Notes: a model not told the origin generated them from the letters alone. A stretch of DNA of 64,000 nucleotides, filler included, from Kipferlia bialata (GCA_003568945.1; 6 parts of 6 records of this genome joined end to end with filler, not necessarily neighbours in it), one strand, 5' to 3'. Counted from the whole stretch's first letter, positions 13,238 to 27,000 are shown. A program made the numbers and translations.

Positions 13238-13959
13238 GAGGGGGCTGGTGACTGTATCTGCCAGGCATACCTGACCGTATCAATGCCACATAGCCCATGT
13301 GTCAGACCCAGTGTCACCACGTAGCTCTAGGCCAGTTGTGGTACCACTCAAATAGGATGGCTTCCTCTCCCGTCGTTGCAGGCCACTCTGAGTTGTATTC
13401 AGTGTACAGTGTCTCTGGTGCATCAATGCACCATGGGAGGAGATGTCACTTACTACTATTCTGGCAATGTATGCTCTCGACGTCGGCTCTTCTCTCTCTT
13501 TCTATGAGTGCTCAGGCATAGCTCTGAAGTGGAGAGGGTCTCGCTTAAAGGCCGGGAAACAGCATGAGTGGGTGCTTTGGGTTTCGACCTGAATGGGCAA
13601 TGTAGTATGATAGATAGGCCAAAACAATTGAGTTACTTCTATTATCATAATTTAGTGGGAGAGACCACCATTTATATTGTGGTTATTCATGTTGGGTCCT
13701 GACTCAGACACCGCCAGGCCAGGTCTACCTGAGGTATACCCTTGCCGTGAGATACAAACACCAAACCCTTATGTGTACCAAGTATCATTATCGTCTCGGC
13801 CGTACGGATTCCGGATGATCTTCTTGTACTCTATTGAACAGGGACCTCTATTGCACAGCGTAAGGTGAAATATATAGTCTATAACCAAATATATCTGGGA
13901 GTGGACAAATACAACTACTTCCCCATATATAGTGCCATTTGCCTCTCTGGGCTATATAT

Positions 13960-16900
13960 CTATGCCATCTGGTGCATGTGTGCCAGGTCCTGGGAGTGTT
14001 GTACTGCCAGTGCCCTGGCCCTGTCCCTGGCCAGGGGGAGGGCATGCTCTATCAGCACGGGGAGGTATCTGGGAGGGTCAGAGGGATTGCTTACAAATGT
14101 GTATGGTGTGAGAGTACACGCACACTATCCCACCTGTCAGCCAGCTCTGTGAGCCCCAGTGTGTCGAGGGCCTCAATCTCACAGGTGCGGGAGGTCTAAG
14201 GTTAGAGGTTACTGTGGAAGACTCACACGTAGTGTAGGGCAAATATATGCTATATATACATACAGCACATAATTATCAGGAGCTCATATGAGATATCTTG
14301 TACAACTCCACTATCACACAAAGACATATATAGGTATAAAGTCGACATCTTGTAAACTATATACCCTCCCCCCACCTCCATCATATCCCTGATGGCCAGA
14401 TATACTCACATATATAGACATATACGTACACAGTTGGCATCTTGTACAGTATACCTCCATCATATCCCAAATATACAACTCCACAGTATATACCTCCATC
14501 ATATCCCTGAGGGCCCCTGCCAGTATCTGGTTGACAGCTGGGGGCACGGGCATCACTGGTGTAAGAAGGGGGGAATGATGTGTAGTGATTGTATATATAC
14601 ACTTATGAACAATGTACGGTATATGACAGCTGGGGGCACGGGCATCACTGGGGTGAGAGATGGGCATATATATATATATACATATGGTAACATAGGGTAT
14701 ATATCAGTCCCTGACGTACTCTGTGCCTCGTCCAGCTCCTCCCCCTCCACTCTCCCCCTGGCCCTGTCCATGGCTCTCTCCAGCTTCCGCAACTCCACCC
14801 GGGCTCTCTTACGTCCCCTGTGGGTGAGGAATGAGATCACACTAGAGGTGAAGTGACACATGCCATGTATTGCTATGTATGCAATGGAGTGTATGCACCT
14901 GTCACTGAGTCTGAGCCATGCCCCGTCTGACACCTGGGCTCTGTAGGTAAAGGGCGGGAGACCAGCACCACTGTCATCAACCTGGCAATGAGGGGTATAT
15001 GTAGTGACTATTGAAAAATTTGAGTATGTGAGTATCGGTGGTGTACATATGGTAGGGCTCCTATCTGCATACCTGGCATGGGAACACCCCTATGGGTATG
15101 AGAGAGGGGGCGCAGGCAGGGATACCCATCACCTGCAGGGTGTGCTGGACCTAAGGGGTCAGAGGGCATCACAAATACATGGAATACTAGATATATTGCA
15201 TATACCCACCTTGTGTGCCCCCTTCATGTACTGCAGCAGGATGCTCACTCCATATGGGTCTGCATCGGCCAGGCCTAATACAGGCACACCGGCCCTGGGA
15301 GTGGGGGGGTGGGAAGAGTGTGGGAGGTGAGGAGGTATATACAGGTGTGAGATTGGCTATCCTCTCTCCCATACCTAGCCAGCCCAGCAACCATAATCTT
15401 GCTAAGGGTGTCAGGGAAACCCTTGCCTGGAGGGTGAGTGTGTGCTATGCATAATGATAGAGTCTATTGAGAGAGTGCACACAGCACTATATCACTCCAA
15501 CCTGTGACAATATACTATGTATGCTATATCACACCTGTGAGCAGTATGATGTTGAGCCTAGTACACAGGTCCCTGTGGACCAGTCTAGAGAACACAGTGT
15601 CCTTCTCTACCTGGGGTGTAAGGATAAGTACAGAGAGATGTGGTTCCAACAGCCATCTGTCTATGACACACACTACTATAGATCGAAAGTGACCAATTCA
15701 TATAATATGCGTTAGTATATGCACTCACCACTAGCACTGCGTCTGCCCGAGTCTCCATCCTGTGGAATGACACGAGGTCTGCTGTGATGCACAGGGGGAC
15801 ACCGGGGGACAGGTCGATGTAGCCAGAGGCAGTGGGGCCTTAGGTCAGAGACTACTCTAATGATGCACCTACAAACAGACAAGCCAAAGATGTAGTGTAG
15901 ATACGTATATTCAGATATATATGTATAGATATATGTACATACGTACAGTGAAACCTGGCGTTCCCGGCTATGAGCCCCTTTGCAGTGCATGTGATGCCCA
16001 GACAGTGTCTAGGGACACGAAGGAGGGCCTCAAGCAGACTGAAGGTGAGACACTACATAAATATACATAGTATATATACAATATATATATGAGTATACAC
16101 CCCCTCACTCTATGGCTGTTGTTGCCATGGACTGTGTCTGGAAGATGTCCGGCCTCTGGTAGTAGAAGGACCGCTGGGTCCTGACAGTGCCCGAGGAGGG
16201 GGAGAGGGGGTTGGGGCTAGGCCTACTAGACTGGAGGTGGGGGCGGCCCTCTCTCTTGGGCACAAGCTCCCCAGGCTGCCTGCCCCCACTCTCATTCATG
16301 GGTGGGTAGAAGGGGAGGGACGGGTCCATGTACCTGGGGGTGGGTATGTGGATCAACCTGTCAAGAGAGTAGGGTGTACATCTGGTACATAATGTAATGT
16401 GTAAATGGGTATGAGTGTGTACCTCGACTGACTGGGTACTGGACACCTGTCCCTGTCTCTGTTGCACACCAGGTTCTCAGTGACGCTGGCCATCACAGAC
16501 ATCAGAGACGCATACAGCCTGGGGGGGAGAGGGGGGATGAGGGAGTGGTGAGAGTGTGTGTTTGAATATATATAGTATACAGATGACCCACCTTGATGCA
16601 TTGCTGTTGGTGCCCCACCGTGCCCCACTCTCCCTGTCCCTCAGCCTCCGTCTCTCTCTCCTGGCCAAGGCCTCGCCCTCTCCCTCTTCCCCGTTCCCAT
16701 ACACCTCCCCTTCCTCTCCAGGGCCAGTGTCAGTACCAGTGTCTGAGGGATAGGACACAGCTGGGATGAGAGAGGGGGGGGGGGTAGGGGGGTAAGAGAG
16801 AGACTTGAGAAAAGTGATATGGGCACATGATTGCACACAGAGAGATGAGTAGAGGTATCACCCCATGGCTACCTGGGAATGAGGGTGCCTTGGGACTGGG

Positions 16901-16972
16901 GCCCAGCAGGTCAGTCACCATGTCTGGGGGTAAGGGTGAAGTTGTGACAGGAAGGCAGATCCGAAGTGACAT
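13960..16972 (-). CDS. SPO11: Meiotic recombination protein SPO11 (topoisomerase VI A subunit), ~15 exons
   Basis: Spliced motifs: TQRSFYYQRPDIFQTQ (catalytic Tyr ~16159-16161), LLRVPRHCLGITCTAKGLIAG, AVLV-VEKDTVFSRL, ILLT-GKGFPD, LGLADADPYGVSI (TOPRIM DxD), CEIEAL. Stop TAG at 13960-13962; start is uncertain. Confidence 0.93.
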
Positions 16973-17036
16973 ATCGGAGGGGAGAGAGAGAGAGGGGGGG
17001 GGGGGGGGGGAGACCCCATGCCATACCCCCCCGGGG

Positions 17037-17632
17037 NNNNNNNNNNNNNNNNNNNNNNNNNNNNNNNNNNNNNNNNNNNNNNNNNNNNNNNNNNNNNNNN
17101 NNNNNNNNNNNNNNNNNNNNNNNNNNNNNNNNNNNNNNNNNNNNNNNNNNNNNNNNNNNNNNNNNNNNNNNNNNNNNNNNNNNNNNNNNNNNNNNNNNNN
17201 NNNNNNNNNNNNNNNNNNNNNNNNNNNNNNNNNNNNNNNNNNNNNNNNNNNNNNNNNNNNNNNNNNNNNNNNNNNNNNNNNNNNNNNNNNNNNNNNNNNN
17301 NNNNNNNNNNNNNNNNNNNNNNNNNNNNNNNNNNNNNNNNNNNNNNNNNNNNNNNNNNNNNNNNNNNNNNNNNNNNNNNNNNNNNNNNNNNNNNNNNNNN
17401 NNNNNNNNNNNNNNNNNNNNNNNNNNNNNNNNNNNNNNNNNNNNNNNNNNNNNNNNNNNNNNNNNNNNNNNNNNNNNNNNNNNNNNNNNNNNNNNNNNNN
17501 NNNNNNNNNNNNNNNNNNNNNNNNNNNNNNNNNNNNNNNNNNNNNNNNNNNNNNNNNNNNNNNNNNNNNNNNNNNNNNNNNNNNNNNNNNNNNNNNNNNN
17601 NNNNNNNNNNNNNNNNNNNNNNNNNNNNNNNN
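17037..17632. other. Scaffold gap
   Basis: Run of N. Confidence 0.99.
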
Positions 17633-17690
17633 AGAGAGGGGGGGTGGGGGGGGGGGGGGGGGGGGGGGGGGGGAAGGATACTATACTAAC

Positions 17691-18071
17691 CTGACTTTGG
17701 CTGCAGCCACTGGTACTCATAGCCCCCTGTTGCATGGGTAGGGCAGATGTAGGTGTCAGGTTCCAGTCCAAAGCTGAGTGTCAGAGATATATCACGCGAC
17801 TAGTCAGGGAGGCAGTGCCTCCCGGAGGCACTCGAGAGAGAGACCCACATACATCTGTGCACACACAGAACCTGGAAATACAAATCCTGGTAACATAATA
17901 TCATGCTGTCAGAAAACCATGATGTCGCGTTGTAGTGTCGAAATGGATTTAGAGTGTACTAATGTAGGGCCAAACCAGCTACCTTACATCAGCGTTGGGG
18001 CACGAGAAGGTCGATGCACTAGCAGCGAACAAGCCTAATAGCACCAGGTATATGCATACCCAGTGACGCAT
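17691..18071 (-). CDS. 5' exons of a secreted or surface protein, running into the gap
   Basis: ATG at 18071 gives MRHWVCIYLVLLGLFAASASTFSCPNAD (signal-peptide-like), then a GT donor and two further candidate exons. Confidence 0.5.
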
Positions 18072-19126
18072 CTGAGACAGAGAGGCTACTGTGCACAAGA
18101 GACTCGAGTCAGTTGAGCATATGCGTAATTTTTGGGTTGCCCCCCTTTTAGTTTTCTTTACTACTCAGAACAAGACAGTCGCTCGTTCCACCGTCTATGG
18201 TACTTAACCAGGGAGGGCGGCTAGTCACAGCCGTTTATATCATTCATATATCAAGTTGCTTTGCGTAGGAATCCGTATTTGGACCCTTCTTTCCAGCAGA
18301 GACTGTCGCGCAGTGAGAAGCAAAGGTTTGACCCGTGAAGTCATATCCTCGGAGGCAGCGCAACTAGGCAGGATATGTGGAGTGCGTGGTTTCTAGCCAC
18401 TGAGCAATGAAAGGTCTAGCTCCACGCTACAATATGTGAGAGTCCGATTTCGGCTAGTAGAGATAGCCTAGCACTGTCACTGTCAAGGAGCTTTCCGATT
18501 GAGGAGATGAGGTCTCTTCATCATGAAGTGGAGTAACACATACATCGTCCATGATAAGGAAGCCGAGCCAATAGGCCATTTTGCCTACAAGCAACACCCC
18601 ATTCACACCTCAATATATGAATACATCTCAAGTATTATTCTTGGCTTGATAGCCGCCCATGACATCGATTCTCAGTCTCGTGTACGGTCGCCGGTGAGTG
18701 ACTGGCGACCTGCTGTCCCATCATGTAAGAACATGATTCATGCTCTATGCAAGAGACTCTACGACGCCAACAGCTCTTCGATAAGATTGTAATATACAAC
18801 AAAAATGCATATATATACCATTTGAACACATGGACTGCCAGTTCCCTGAGCTATCGGTGGTATATCGAGTATAAGTCAGTCTACTATTACAGGCAACGTC
18901 TACTAACACCTTGTGACTGAACGAAAAACAGAAATGCAAAATGAAGAGGTCTCTTATAGAGACCCTGTCCTACTGACGTAACGTGAACAGTATTTCGGCT
19001 CTATTCCTATCAGAGATATACTGCAATGAGTATGATCAGATAGACTACTCTATTAGTTCCCATTGGTCAGCCAATACCATGCAAATTCAAGTGCTCCACA
19101 GAATGTAACACTATGTCAGTGGGGTC

Positions 19127-20023
19127 TCACTCCTTCTGCCCCAAGATGGCGTTAGGTGGAATGATGCCCCATCTCATGTCTGGGTGTGGGTACACCAGGC
19201 CAGGGTCTAGATAGTGCAGCTGATAGTGCTCACCTGGCCTGCCCGACCAGACTGCTAAGGAGGGGAAGAAGACACCGTCCTCACACTCGAAAGTTGTACT
19301 GTCATACTGTGTGATCTCGCCAGATATGGTGTCTAATCCGTACCAGTCCCATTTGCCAGAGAAAGTAGTCGATAGAGTGACTATCAGGAGGAAGTGGCCA
19401 ACGGCCATAGTCTGGCATCTGTATACATGCCTTGGTAGTCTAGCCTCCTCAACCCACCCAGTTCTCTCGGAAAACGAGACTATCCTACTGTCTCGAGTGA
19501 AAACATATGCACGGGAACCCAGACAACATGAAGGCGTACTAATATCGCTATCCACTGGGATCCTAAGTAACTTCCACTCCTCGTACCGTCTGTCCGGATC
19601 AAAGGTCCACATCTGCACACTATTCCCTGATGCACCTCTGAACCAAACTCGCATGAAACAGCGGTCCTCAAGTGCAAACACGTCCCGACGTATCAACTGA
19701 TCCAAATCAAAGGGATGTAGCGTGTGTACTCGAGAGACTTCCATAGAGTCCAGCTCTAGCTTCAGAAGGACACGGTTACAATCGCACGCGTACAACACGC
19801 CCCCTACTGTAAATGTAGAACGTGGTGCCTTGCAGAATAGGGCTGTGTGGTGCTCTATGACGTCAGATGCCCTCAGAGTCAGGGTGTGCATGTCTCCCGA
19901 TACCACATCTAGGTAGGCCAGCGAGTTGGCACCAACCGTTGTGCCTTCGACTCGAGTAATTTCACACTCTGGTACAACTTGAGAGGTTGTGACATGTGCG
20001 CAGAACAGAGGGTTGTGTGGCAT
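19127..20023 (-). CDS. Intronless divergent kelch-like / beta-propeller protein (298 aa)
   Basis: Uninterrupted ORF with VGGVLYA, MWTFDPD...W, CLGSRAYVF, MAVGHFLLIV, YGLDTISG. Confidence 0.7.
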   Translation of the reverse strand: MPHNPLFCAHVTTSQVVPECEITRVEGTTVGANSLAYLDVVSGDMHTLTLRASDVIEHHTALFCKAPRSTFTVGGVLYACDCNRVLLKLELDSMEVSRVHTLHPFDLDQLIRRDVFALEDRCFMRVWFRGASGNSVQMWTFDPDRRYEEWKLLRIPVDSDISTPSCCLGSRAYVFTRDSRIVSFSERTGWVEEARLPRHVYRCQTMAVGHFLLIVTLSTTFSGKWDWYGLDTISGEITQYDSTTFECEDGVFFPSLAVWSGRPGEHYQLHYLDPGLVYPHPDMRWGIIPPNAILGQKE

Positions 20024-20638
20024 GTAACGTCCAATATAGCGACTTAACTTGTTTCTGAGAAGGAACAGTGGTGTGTCTTGTATCTACTGCCACACACAAT
20101 ACGATATCACTCACGTGACGCCATCTTTCACCGAGTACGGTGACCCTCAGTCGTTTCAAAGCTTGGATCCACTGCTGTAAAGTACAATTGGGATAGGTTG
20201 GCATGGCTCTAGAGTGCTACACTGTAGATTCATCTGAATGTGACATAGGACTGAGTATACTGTTTTTATATTTGTTATGTCTCGCTGACTGTCAAACAAC
20301 TCTGGCAACTGATAGTGTACAACAACAGACAGGCCAGCAAGAGAATTCCCAACTCCTCGACTAACGCGGAACGACATACAGCAACACTGTCGCCCCACCA
20401 ACACAAAAGACACCACAACATAGCAACCGCCCTCTTCCCGACCCAAGTCCATAAGGGGAGGGGCTAATAAGTAGATACCGCCCTCTGACGGTAACGGGTC
20501 CGCCAACTATCGTTGAAGGACACCCCAAAAGCACACAAAGCTTGGTAATAATGATACAAAATCGTCACAACGCAGTGCAGAAACGAGGGGTAGATACACC
20601 CCATCGCTATGCGCCACGGGACTCTGTGTGAATATAGT

Positions 20639-23600
20639 CTACAGCCACCTGTCCTGCTGTGACAGGACAGAGCAGCACCGGGGAGGGGGGGTGCCGCCTG
20701 GGGTGAGGGGATTGAGTATGAGAGAGAGTACATATATACTAGTATGTGTGTGAATACCTAGGCCTGTCCCCCCCACGAGGTCCTCTGTGAACTGGGACTC
20801 ATCGAACACAGTGTCGCCATGACCAGAGTACACCTGGAAGGTCTGGGGTCAGAGGGGGTACTAATATACACATATTCATATGCAGTGTAAGACCCAGGTG
20901 TATTCACACACATAAACATAAGCATACATTGTACAGTAGCGTGTGTACCTCCTCGGGTGCCTTGGCCCCTGTGTCCCCCAGGAAGTCAGAGGGGTGGGGG
21001 TGGTCGGCTGAGGGTCAGAACAGAGAGTAGAGAACTTGTTTGGACATATCAAGTGTGGCACATAACTCTAAAAATGTAAATATGTATAGTGACTATCGTG
21101 TACCTGTCTCGAGGTCCTGTAGGGCAGCTAGGCCATCCTCCACTGGATGTAAGAAAGGTGATAGTGAGGGGGGACAGTGATATAAGACACAGAGTGAGAG
21201 TCACTCAGAGAGAGACATGGCTTCACTCACCCACGTCACCGTCAGGGAAGATGTCGGCGGCTCTCTGGCCAAGGGCAAGTCTAGGAGTAAGCAATAGGGT
21301 AGGGGGGGGGGGAGGGGGATAGAAACAGAGCATCCCAGTAGAGTGGTGACATAGTACATAATGACGCGTCTGTCGTTGCCCACCTTGAGTCTGGTCTGTC
21401 GACGAGTATACTGGACACTGCCCTGACATCGAGGCCGTCCAGCCCCACCCCTCTCCCCCTCCCTGCCCCCTTTCTCTCTCTCTGCCCCATGGTCAGCATA
21501 GATACCCCGGCTATGGACAGACCGCAGATGGAGGCACGGCGGGCCCTGTCTCGGTTGGGGCCAGTGCCGATGGTGTTCTGGGGTCAGGCATAGGTAGATG
21601 GATATACAAATACAGGTGTACATATAGAGGTGAGACACATACAAGTGAATGCTGTGCTACACACATAAAACAGGTGTAGTTCTAATAGTCACTCAGATAT
21701 ACCACGCACCCTTCTGTTTAGTGCCGGTGTGGGGTGTGCCGTGACTGTCCTGGACACGGCAGGGCACTTGCCAACCTGCGTCACACTGCCTAGGGGGTCA
21801 GACGGAGAGGGAGAGAGAGAGGTGTGTGAGAGAGAGAGAGTAGTAGGATTCACACTCCCAGAAGAATGAGGAGACGGAGAGGACTGTTCAGTTACGAGTA
21901 TGCTTGTATGTACATTTGTCTATGTGTCTTCCCTACCTGGGACAATGCCGTACATGGCCTTGGACTGGTTGGACATGGATGAGGATGGTCTGCGGGAGGG
22001 ATCAGCATCAACGGCAGAGTGGTCTATCAGACGGCGGCTGGGGTGAGGGGGATGGCAGCATGAGAGAGAGAGAGAGGCAGGCCACGTACCGGCGAGTGTT
22101 GAGTGAGCGTGTGAGCCTGACACCCGTGTCGTGTCTATCTCCATGTCTGTGTCCATGTCTGGACCCTACCCTGCTGGAGGGCCGGTCGTGGCTGCTCTCC
22201 TGGGGGTAAGGGATAGTCGTATGTATATAAATCAATATATACTGACACTGATACTATATGAAGTTGATCGTGGCTGCTGTCCTAGGTATTAAGTACACAT
22301 ACGTGTATATATATACACTATATATATAGTGTACCTTAGTGATGTTGGCGCAGCACCGCAGCTCCCTCTCCACCTCCAGGTCCAGCTCTCGGTCCTTGTC
22401 CTGCTTGTCTCTCTCTCTCTCTCTCTCCCTGTCTCTCTCCCTCTCCTCCTCATCTACCACAATGCTGTCTCCAAACCCTGACCCGATACTGCCAACCAGG
22501 CTGTCGCCGTCTCTCTCTCTCTCTCTCTCTGTCTCCATGACACTATCATCTGCATCGCCTAGGACTGACCCTAGCAGCACAGACTGGAACCCACTCGAGT
22601 TCAGGGGGGCAACACCGCTAAAGGAGAACTGACTGGGGGTAGAGAGGGGAGAAGAGTATAATACGCAGTGTAGGGAATAAGGATGCCTACCTGCAGTTGA
22701 TGCTCTCTGTGATGCTCCCGTCCATGTCGCTCTCCCTGCCTCTCTCTCTCTCTCTCTGCTTGCCTCTTTCAAGGGAGGTCAGACGCTGGAGTGAGGGTGT
22801 GTGGGAAGTATATGAGAACACATACTATACACACACATACATCTACTAGCATACCTGGCATATAGTGGACGCCGGCCTGACCACGTGTGTCCTCTCCCTG
22901 TTGAATGACCCACTGTCAGCCATGCCGACTGCAGTGGAGGGAGAGTAGAAGGGTGAGGGAGGGGGCAGGGGGGACCCAGTACCGGGGGGGAGGGGGGACG
23001 CAGGGGCGGCATCTGGGGGTGAGGTTGTGACACGTACTCATACCATATACATACATATATATATATACATATGTCACCATGCCCCTCACCCTCCAGCCCG
23101 TCCAGGCTCTGATGGCTGTGTGTGTTGGACCTGACTAGGAAGGGACTGGCCACAACAGTGCCCTCGCCCAGGCTCAGCTAGGATGAGAAACATGCACTAT
23201 ACACTACTCTGAAGAGTATAGCCACTTACTTGTAGTACACTAAAAGAGTGTAACACACAGTACCTGGCTTGTCCTCCCCCCCTCAATACCAGAGGCATAG
23301 AGACCAGACTGGGCCTGGGGGTCTGCCTCATTGTCCCCCTCCCCTGCCCTCTCTCTCTTCCTGCCCAGTGCCATGGCCATCGAGATGTCACCCACACTCT
23401 GGGGGTCAGAGAGGGAGGGGAATACATACACACCCACCCATATATATACTCATTGACAGACACACAGAGAGAGAGAGTGTGTGAGAGTGTGAGGGTGTGG
23501 TACCTGTGAGCGTGGCAGTGACTGAGACATAGACCTCTGTGTGTCTGTCCCTCTGTGGTATGAGGAGGTGGAGCCCATGGCAGAGGCAGCGGCCTTGCCT

Positions 23601-23710
23601 GACAGTTAGTCTCTTTCTCTCTCTCTCTCTCTATCTATGTATACATATATACACACACACACACATATATATATATACCCCACCTGATATGGCTGTGTTC
23701 CACATCCTAC
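20639..23710 (-). CDS. Multi-exon low-complexity Ser/Arg/Gly-rich hypothetical protein, 5' end truncated by contig end
   Basis: Chain of GC-rich exons with canonical splice signals (GKAAASAMGSTSSYHRG..., SVGDISMAMALGRKRE..., FSFSGVAPLNSSGF..., TFQVYSGHGDTVFDESQF...). No recognisable domain. Confidence 0.55.
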
Positions 23711-23714
23711 TCTG

Positions 23715-23766
<52 letters not shown>

Positions 23767-23866
23767 NNNNNNNNNNNNNNNNNNNNNNNNNNNNNNNNNN
23801 NNNNNNNNNNTTAATTAATTAANNNNNNNNNNNNNNNNNNNNNNNNNNNNNNNNNNNNNNNNNNNN
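23767..23866. other. Artificial contig spacer
   Basis: N-TTAATTAATTAA-N. Confidence 0.97.
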
Positions 23867-24079
23867 CCCCCCCCCCCCACCTCCCGTCATTCTGTCTCTC
23901 TCTCACACACCCTTCTATACTGACACTAGGATTGTCCCCCAACCATAGCCTCAACTATTCCCTCTCTTTGTCTCTGTCTGTCTCTGTCTCTGTCTCTCTC
24001 TACTATACTGATTCTAGTATCCCCGCCATTGCCCCCAACCTCTCTCTCTCTCTCTCTCTCTCTACTATACTGACCCAAG

Positions 24080-27000
24080 GATCCCTGCCATTGCCCCCAA
24101 CCAGCCTGTCATCTTCGACAACTGCATCCACCCCTCAGACGTCTGCCAGGTGCTCTATTCTCTATCTATCTCTCCTACTCTCTCCACCATTCCTTTCTCC
24201 CTCCCCCTCCCTCTCGCTCTCTCATAAGATAGGGCCTTGTGGGCAATGACTGGCTCTGTGGCCAGCTCTCTCTCTCTCTCTTTCTCTCTCTATATTTATA
24301 TGTATACACACACTGCACACTCACCCCAGGGCCTTGTTGGCAATGACTGGCTGTGTGGCCAGCTGTCTGCCCTGGCCACCTCACCAACCCATGTGGCACA
24401 GGCCATATACCCCCAGGTCATAAACCCAGCAGGTATCGGTGTATGTGGATACTCTATAATGTATTACTATATATATTTCGACTCAGTCCATCATAACCCT
24501 CACCACCGTTGCAAGTGTATATATATATGTATGTCTCATGTATACTATACCAACCCCCAGGCCTGTACGGCGTGCGTCTGAATTAGCATTTGTATTTAAT
24601 ACATATTCATCTCTATCCTAGCCAATACTAGGACTGTACGGAGTGCGTCTGTACCGCAGGGGCAAGTGGTACTGGGTCCTGGTGGATGACCAGTTCCCAA
24701 TGCCAGACAACGGGTTCCCATTCATCAGAAGGTATATGACTATACCATATACACATGTTTGTATCATATGTAACATTGTATATTTTAATATATGCATATG
24801 TATACATATACATGTCCTTGTGGATGACCAGTTCCCAATGCCAGACAACGGGTTCCCATTCATCAGAAGGTACAGAGATTATTGTAAATATGTATATGCA
24901 TATACTTCCTAATATAACATGTTAACGGGTTCCCATGCATCAGGAGGTATCTGTCTCTCCCCGAAATATAAACACACATGCTATCAACTTGCGCACTCTC
25001 AGCAAACCTATTTATATCCCCGTATTCGTTGTGTAGTGTACTCTAACCCCTCAGCAAGAACCCCAATGAGTTCTGGGCCTCCATCATCGAGAAGGCACTG
25101 GCCAAGGTAACACACACACACATATTTATATATATATGTATATATATACAGAGGGAAATATTTATACATGTCTATCTATATCTATATATATACTGTATGC
25201 ATCATCGAGAAGGCACTGGCCAAGCTGCAGGAGTATGCATGTGTAATGATATATGTAGTGACATATGCAGTGATGTGTATATGTATATTGTGTAAGTATA
25301 TAGTAAATACATCATCGAGAAGACACTGGCCAAGGTGGGTGATGACAATAGTAATTACTACTATTAGGCCTAGAAAATTTAGTGTCCTGGCAGGGTTTGG
25401 ACACGTACACAATATGAATTATCCATATACTATCTCTCTCCTACTATACATCTACTGTATATGTATACTCTATATACCATACTATCCTCACCCCCAGATC
25501 AATGGGTCCTGGCAAGGTCTCTCATTTGGTCTCAACATCGGCATGGAGCCAATCTCTGTGCTCACAGGTATACATACATACATACACACACATATATATA
25601 TATGTAAAGAAAAATAGTTTGTATATATAAGGTATGTATATATATATACTCTAACACCAGGCGCCAGGTGCTACACCCACCTGGAGGAGGGTACTGCCGA
25701 CACCCTCTTCAACTGGCTGGGGGTCCTATTCTCAAGGGGGGCATGGGTCTCAGCGTACGTGTATACACTAGTATTAGACTCATACAGTACATATAGCATG
25801 GTATATACAGCTATATATATAGCTATATATATATATATATATATATAAGAATTGGTATTTATAGGCTGTTCTCAAGGGGGGCGTGGGTCTCAGCGTACGT
25901 TACTATATTTGTTATGCAAATATATAGTAGTATATATAGGTGTTCTAATATGGGTATTGTGTTACTCTTACTCTATACTCACCCCCCAGCTCCACCGGGT
26001 GTGAGGATGAGGGTGTGTCCATGCATGGACTGCTGCCAGACCAGGAGTACACGGCACTAGGTACATGTATAGCAGTATCTGGTGTATAGTATAGTATATA
26101 GATAGTATAGTATATAGATAGTATAGTATATAGAAGACCAGGAGTACACGGCACTAGGTATATACACTACTATATATATATACTAGTATATAGACTACTA
26201 TCTATATCAGTGCTTATGGCCTGCTGTCAGACCAGGAGTACACGGCACTAGGTACATACTATATCTATAATAGTATATACTGTATTCGTACCAGTGTATA
26301 CATTGGTATATCTAGATGACCAGGAGTACACAGCACTAGGTAAGGAATAATATTTTACTATTTTCATGTATATCTCAATGTATATGTGTGTTGTCTCTTC
26401 ACCCCAGGCACCTTCCACCACCAGGAGACAGGCATCAAGCTGGTCAAGCTCAGGTACAGTATGTATATATACATTAATGCTATATACATATTCGTATAGT
26501 ACATATATAGTATATTGCTACTGTCTGGACATCAAGTTGGTCAAGCTTAGGTATATTTACAGACTATACGTATACACTATACTGTGACTACCTATGGCTA
26601 TCTCTATCATACAGACGATTACTGATAGTATATAATTGTTATATACTTTGATAGTGTGAACTTGATAGTGTGATCTTAACATGTACGGTCAATACATCTC
26701 ACCCCCAGGAACACCTGGGGCTCCCACGGGGAGTGGAAGGGACCCTGGAGTGACGGTGAGTTTAACGTGGTATAGAGTATGAATATGGTATCTGAATACA
26801 GCCTCTGGTTTCTTACCCAATAGGCTCTGCCGAGTGGACCCAGTTCCCCTTTGTGCAGGAGTGCACCAGACACCAGTTCACAGACGATGTATGGATGTCA
26901 TCATAGTATATACAGTATTTACAATAACACATATCCCTGTACTGATACCTGTACTGGTTCCTGATACTTATGCTGACCCTCAGGACGGCACCTTCTTCCT

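Noticed and set aside
16827..17771. Long ORFs across 17037-17632 and 32394-33158
   Set aside because: Open only because they span N gaps.
18100..19100. Possible mobile element or RNA gene in the microsatellite-free intergenic stretch
   Set aside because: No transposase/RT motifs, terminal repeats or tRNA/snRNA signature that I could recognise.
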